The notes under the pieces were generated by a model that did no database searches, was not told where the DNA came from, and saw only the letters and a program-made list of their open reading frames with translations. A stretch of 64,000 nt of DNA from Eledone cirrhosa (taxonomy: Eukaryota): positions 229,338,001 to 229,402,000 of the forward strand of contig OZ024741.1 in assembly GCA_964016885.1 (NCBI GenBank). Reading direction: 5' to 3'. Shown here in pieces: positions 57,401-64,000 of this stretch. A program made the translations under genes and the position numbers. Position 1 is the stretch's first letter; every line of letters starts with the position of its first letter.

Positions 57401-60400
57401 CCAGACTGATACACATACACACCAGACTGATACACATACACACCAGACTGATATGCATACACACCAGACTGATACAAACACACACCACACTGATACACAT
57501 ACACACCAGACTGATATGCATACACCCCACACTGATACAAATACACACCAGACTGATATACATACACACCAGACTGATACACATACACACCAGACTGATA
57601 TACACACACACCGGATTGATATACAAACACACCAGACTGATACACATACACACCAGACTGATTCACATACACACCAGACTGACGTACATACACACCAAAC
57701 TGATATACACACACACCAGACTGATACACATACACACCAGACTGATACACATACACATCAGACTGATATACATACACACCAAACTGATATACACACACAC
57801 CAGACTGATACACATACACACCAGACTGATACACACACACACCAGACTGATACACATACACATCAGACTGATATACACACACACCAGACTGATATACATA
57901 CACACCAGACTGATATACATACACACCAGACTGATACACATACACATCAGACTGATATACATACACATCAGACTGATTCACATACACACCAGACTGATAC
58001 ACATACACACAAGACTGATACACATACACACCAGACTGATATACATACACACCAGACTGATATACATACACACCAGACTGATACACATACACACCAGACT
58101 GATTCACATACACACCAGACTGATACACATACACACCAGACTGATACACATACACACCAGACTGATTCACATACACACCAGACTGATATACATACACACC
58201 AGACTGATACACATACACACCAGACAGATACACATACACACCAGACTGATTCACATACACACCAGACTGATACACATACACACCAGACTGATATACACAC
58301 ACACCATACTGATACACATACACACCAGACTGATATACATACACACCAGACTGATATAAATACACACCAGACTGATACACATACACACCAGACTGACACA
58401 CATACACACCAGACTGATATACATACACACCAGACTGATACACATACACACCAGACTGATACACATACACACCAGACTGATATACATACACACCAGACTG
58501 ATATACATACACACCAGACTGATACACATACACACCAGACTGATTCACATACACACCAGACTGATACACATACACACCAGACTGATATACATACACATCA
58601 GACTGATACACATACACACCAGACTGATACACATACACACCAGACTGATACACATACACACCAGACTGATATGCATACACACCAGACTGATACAAACACA
58701 CACCACACTGATACACATACACACCAGACTGATATGCATACACCCCACACTGATACAAATACACACCAGACTGATATACATACACACCAGACTGATACAC
58801 ATACACACCAGACTGATATACACACACACCGGATTGATATACAAACACACCAGACTGATACACATACACACCAGACTGATTCACATACACACCAGACTGA
58901 CGTACATACACACCAAACTGATATACACACACACCAGACTGATACACATACACACCAGACTGATACACATACACATCAGACTGATATACATACACACCAA
59001 ACTGATATACACACACACCAGACTGATACACATACACACCAGACTGATACACACACACACCAGACTGATACACATACACATCAGACTGATATACACACAC
59101 ACCAGACTGATATACATACACACCAGACTGATATACATACACACCAGACTGATACACATACACATCAGACTGATATACATACACATCAGACTGATTCACA
59201 TACACACCAGACTGATACACATACACACAAGACTGATACACATACACACCAGACTGATATACATACACACCAGAATGATACATATACACACCAGACTGAT
59301 ACATATACACACCAGACTGATACACATACACACCAGACTGATATACATACACACCAGACTGATACACATACACACCAGACTGATACACATACACACCAGA
59401 CTGATTCACATACACACCAGACTGATACACACACACACCAGACTGATATACGTACACACCAGACTGATACACATACACACCAGACTGATATACATACACA
59501 CCAGACTGATACACATACACACCAGACTGATTCACATACACACCAGCCTGATACACATACACACCAGACTGATACATATACACACCAGACTGATACACAT
59601 ACACACCAGACTGATACACATACACACCAGACTGATACATATACACACCAGACTGATACACATACACACCAGACTGATATACATACACACCAGACTGATA
59701 CACATACGCATCAGACTGATATACATACACACCAGAGTGACACACATACACACCAGACTGATTCACATACACACCAGCCTGATACACATACACACCAGAC
59801 TGATATACATACACACCAGACTGATATACATACACACCAGACTGATACACATACACACCAGACTGATACACATACACACCAGACTGATATATATATACAC
59901 ACCAGGCTGATATACATACACACCAGACTGATATACATACACACCAGACTGATACACATACACACCAGACTGATACACATACACACCAGACTGATACACA
60001 TACACACAAGACTGATACACATACACACCAGACTGATTCACATACACACCAGACTGATATACATACACACCAGACTGATATACATATACACCAGACTGAT
60101 ATACATACACACTAGACTGATACACATACACACCAGACTGATATACATACACACCAGACTGATATACATACACACCAGACTGATACACATGCACACCAGA
60201 CTGATACACATACACACCAGACTGATATATATATACACACCAGACTGATATACATACACACCAGACTGATATACATACACACCAGACTGATACACATACA
60301 CACCAGACTGATTCACATACACACCAGACTGATACACATACACACCAGACTGATACACATACACACCAGACTGATTCACATACACACCAGACTGATATAC

Positions 60401-63400
60401 ATACACACCAGACTGATACACATACACACCAGACAGATACACATACACACCAGACTGATTCACATACACACCAGACTGATACACATACACACCAGACTGA
60501 TATACACACACACCATACTGATACACATACACACCAGACTGATATACATACACACCAGACTGATATAAATACACACCAGACTGATACACATACACACCAG
60601 ACTGACACACATACACACCAGACTGATATACATACACACCAGACTGATACACATACACACCAGACTGATACACATACACACCAGACTGATATACATACAC
60701 ACCAGACTGATATACATACACACCAGACTGATACACATACACACCAGACTGATTCACATACACACCAGACTGATACACATACACACCAGACTGATACACA
60801 TACACACCAGACTGATATACACACACACCATACTGATACACATACACACCAGACTGATATACATACACACCAGACTGATATAAATACACACCAGACTGAT
60901 ACACATACACACCAGACTGATACACATACACACCAGACTGATATACATACACACCAGACTGATACACATACACACCAGACTGATATATATACACACCAGA
61001 CTGATACACATACACACCAGACTGATATACATACACACCAGACTGATATACATACACACCAGACTGATACACATACACACCAGACTGATTCACATACACA
61101 CCAGACTGATATACATACACATCAGACTGATACACATACACACCAGACTGATACACATACACACCAGACTGATACACATACACACCAGACTGATATGCAT
61201 ACACACCAGACTGATACAAACACACACCACACTGATACACATACACACCAGACTGATATGCATACACCCCACACTGATACAAATACACACCAGACTGATA
61301 TACATACACACCAGACTGATACACATACACACCAGACTGATATACACACACACCGGATTGATATACAAACACACCAGACTGATACACATACACACCAGAC
61401 TGATTCACATACACACCAGACTGACGTACATACACACCAGACTGATATACATACACACCAGACTGATACACATACACACCAGACTGATACACATACACAC
61501 CAGACTGATACATATACACACCAGACTGATACACATACACACCAGACTAATATACATACACACCAGACTGATACACATACACACCAGACTGATATACATA
61601 CACACCAGACTGATATACATACACACCAGACTGATACACATACACACCAGACTGATACACATACACACCTGACTGATACACATACACACCAGACTGATAC
61701 ACATACACACCAGACTAATATACATACACACCAGACTGATACACATACACACCAGACTGATATACATACACACCAGACTGATACACATACACACCAGACT
61801 GATACACATACACACCAGACTGATACACATACAGACCAGACTGATATACATACACACCAGACTGATACACATACACACCAGACTGATATACATACACACC
61901 AGAGTGATACACATACACACCAGACTGATACACATACACAGCAGTCTGATACAGATACACACCAGACTGATACACATACACACCAGACTGATATACATAC
62001 ACACCAGACTGATACACTTACGCATCAGACTGATATACATACACACCAGAGTGATACACATACACACCAGACTGATTCACATACACACCAGCCTGATACA
62101 CATACACACCAGACTGATATACATACACACCAGACTGATATACATACACACCAGACTGATACACATACACACCAGACTGATACACATACACACCAGACTG
62201 ATATATATATACACACCAGGCTGATATACATACACACCAGACTGATACACATACACACCAGACTGATACACATACACACCTGACTGATACACATACACAC
62301 CAGACTGATACACATACACACCAGACTAATATACATACACACCAGACTGATACACATACACACCAGACTGATTCACATACACACCAGACTGATACACATA
62401 CACACAAGACTGATACACATACACACCAGACTGATATACACACACACCATACTGATACACATACACACCAGACTGATATACATACACACCAGACTGATAT
62501 AAATACACACCAGACTGATACACATACACACCAGACTGACACACATACACACCAGACTGATATACATACACACCAGACTGATACACATACACACCAGACT
62601 GATACACATACACACCAGACTGATATACATACACACCAGACTGATATACATACACACCAGACTGATACACATACACACCAGACTGATTCACATCCACACC
62701 AGACTGATACACATACACACCAGACTGATACACATACACACCAGACTGATATACACACACACCATACTGATACACATACACACCAGACTGATATACATAC
62801 ACACCAGACTGATATAAATACACACCAGACTGATACACATACACACCAGACTGATACACATACACACCAGACTGATATACATACACACCAGACTGATACA
62901 CATACACACCAGACTGATATATATACACACCAGACTGATACACATACACACCAGACTGATATACATACACACCAGACTGATACACATACACACCAGACTG
63001 ATACACATACACACCAGACTGATATACATACACACCAGACTGATACACATACACACCAGACTGATTCACATACACACCAGACTGATATACATACACATCA
63101 GACTGATACACATACACACCAGACTGATACACATACACACCAGACTGATACACATACACACCAGACTGATATGCATACACACCAGACTGATACAAACACA
63201 CACCACACTGATACACATACACACCAGACTGATACACATACACACCAGACTGATATACATACACACCAGACTGATACACATACGCATCAGACTGATATAC
63301 ATACACACCAGAGTGACACACATACACACCAGACTGATTCACATACACACCAGCCTGATACACATACACACCAGACTGATATACATACACACCAGACTGA

Positions 63401-64000
63401 TATACATACACACCAGACTGATACACATACACACCAGACTGATACACATACACACCAGACTGATATATATATACACACCAGGCTGATATACATACACACC
63501 AGACTGATATACATACACACCAGACTGATACACATACACACCAGACTGATTCACATACACACCAGACTGATACACATACACACAAGACTGATACACATAC
63601 ACACCAGACTGATTCACATACACACCAGACTGATATACATACACACCAGACTGATATACATATACACCAGACTGATATACATACACACTAGACTGATACA
63701 CATACACACCAGACTGATATACATACACACCAGACTGATATACATACACACCAGACTGATACACATACACACCAGACTGATACACATACACACCAGACTG
63801 ATATATATATACACACCAGACTGATATACATACACACCAGACTGATATACATACACACCAGACTGATACACATACACACCAGACTGATTCACATACACAC
63901 CAGACTGATACACATACACACCAGACTGATACACATACACACCAGACTGATTCACATACACACCAGACTGATATACATACACACCAGACTGATAAACATA
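48400..64000. repeat. Higher-order repeat domain B
   Basis: Distinct markers: 23-bp GATATATATATAC units at 51276, 51614, 56459, 56797, 59886, 60224, 62200, 63462 and 63800; CACCCCACACTG; CCGGATTGAT; GACGTAC; ACGCATCAG; GAGTGACAC; GATATAAAT. Matching ORF-track segments recur at offsets 5183, 3427 and 3576 bp. Confidence 0.88.
56820..59255. repeat. Near-perfect direct tandem duplication of 1218 bp (58 units): 56820-58037 and 58038-59255
   Basis: Identical translated ORFs offset by exactly 1218 bp (57033/58251, 57327/58545, 57380/58598, 57663/58881). Variant order matches by eye. Confidence 0.9.

Larger units (their letters stand above)
1..64000. repeat. Tandem satellite/minisatellite array, 21-bp unit CCAGACTGATA(C/T)ACATACACA, about 3,045 copies, probably extending beyond both window ends
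   Basis: The unit is readable on every line. All translated frames show a 7-aa period (HTHQTDT/I, HTRLIH/YI, YQSGVYV, CISLVCM, VSVWCVC). No reverse-complement units or non-repeat inserts seen. Copy number is 64000/21, rounded. Confidence 0.99.

Noticed and set aside
2834-63825. Most indels are +2 or -1 (same frame class), suggesting programmed frameshifting or phase variation
   Set aside because: The +2 events are mostly copies of a few ancestral slippages and so are not independent. Counter-examples exist (-2 at 35951, +1 at ~42141, -6 at 52036), and no gene is present.
1-64000. CRISPR array or other repeat-spacer system
   Set aside because: Units abut directly with no unique spacers, and there is no leader or cas gene.
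1-64000. Telomerase-made telomeric repeat (minus strand GGTGTGTATGTGTATCAGTCT loosely resembles long GGTGT-containing budding-yeast telomere units)
   Set aside because: Variant order is inherited in kb-scale duplicated blocks, which indicates recombinational amplification rather than synthesis from one RNA template. The length also far exceeds yeast telomeres. A subtelomeric location is not excluded.
1-64000. CpA>TpA variants as fungal repeat-induced point mutation (RIP) or deaminase editing
   Set aside because: Only one CpA site is highly dimorphic while the other CpA sites stay mostly intact, the reciprocal TpG>TpA change is rare, and transversions are common.
1-64000. GATA-factor sites in every unit (TGATA)
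   Set aside because: The canonical site is WGATAR. The units read TGATAC or TGATAT, matching only in rare GATAA/GATAG variants.

Overview
The whole 64 kb window is one uninterrupted, head-to-tail tandem array of a 21-bp unit, consensus CCAGACTGATA(C/T)ACATACACA (about 3,045 copies, one orientation). I see no unique sequence, gene, RNA gene, transposon or CRISPR spacer. The long ORFs are artefacts: 21 is a multiple of 3 and the consensus has a stop in only one of six frames. The informative signal is the order of variant units. Domain A (~3.9-47.2 kb) is built from 0.8-7 kb higher-order blocks marked by a 23-bp (CA)-expanded unit. Domain B (~48.4-64 kb) is marked by 23-bp (TA)-expanded units. 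A variant- and indel-rich junction lies at ~47.2-48.4 kb, and a divergent segment at ~0.3-3.85 kb shares rare variants with the junction and domain B rather than with domain A. This looks like a layered, recently amplified satellite/minisatellite, probably eukaryotic. Organism and function cannot be determined from this window, and I find no support for a new coding or defence system.
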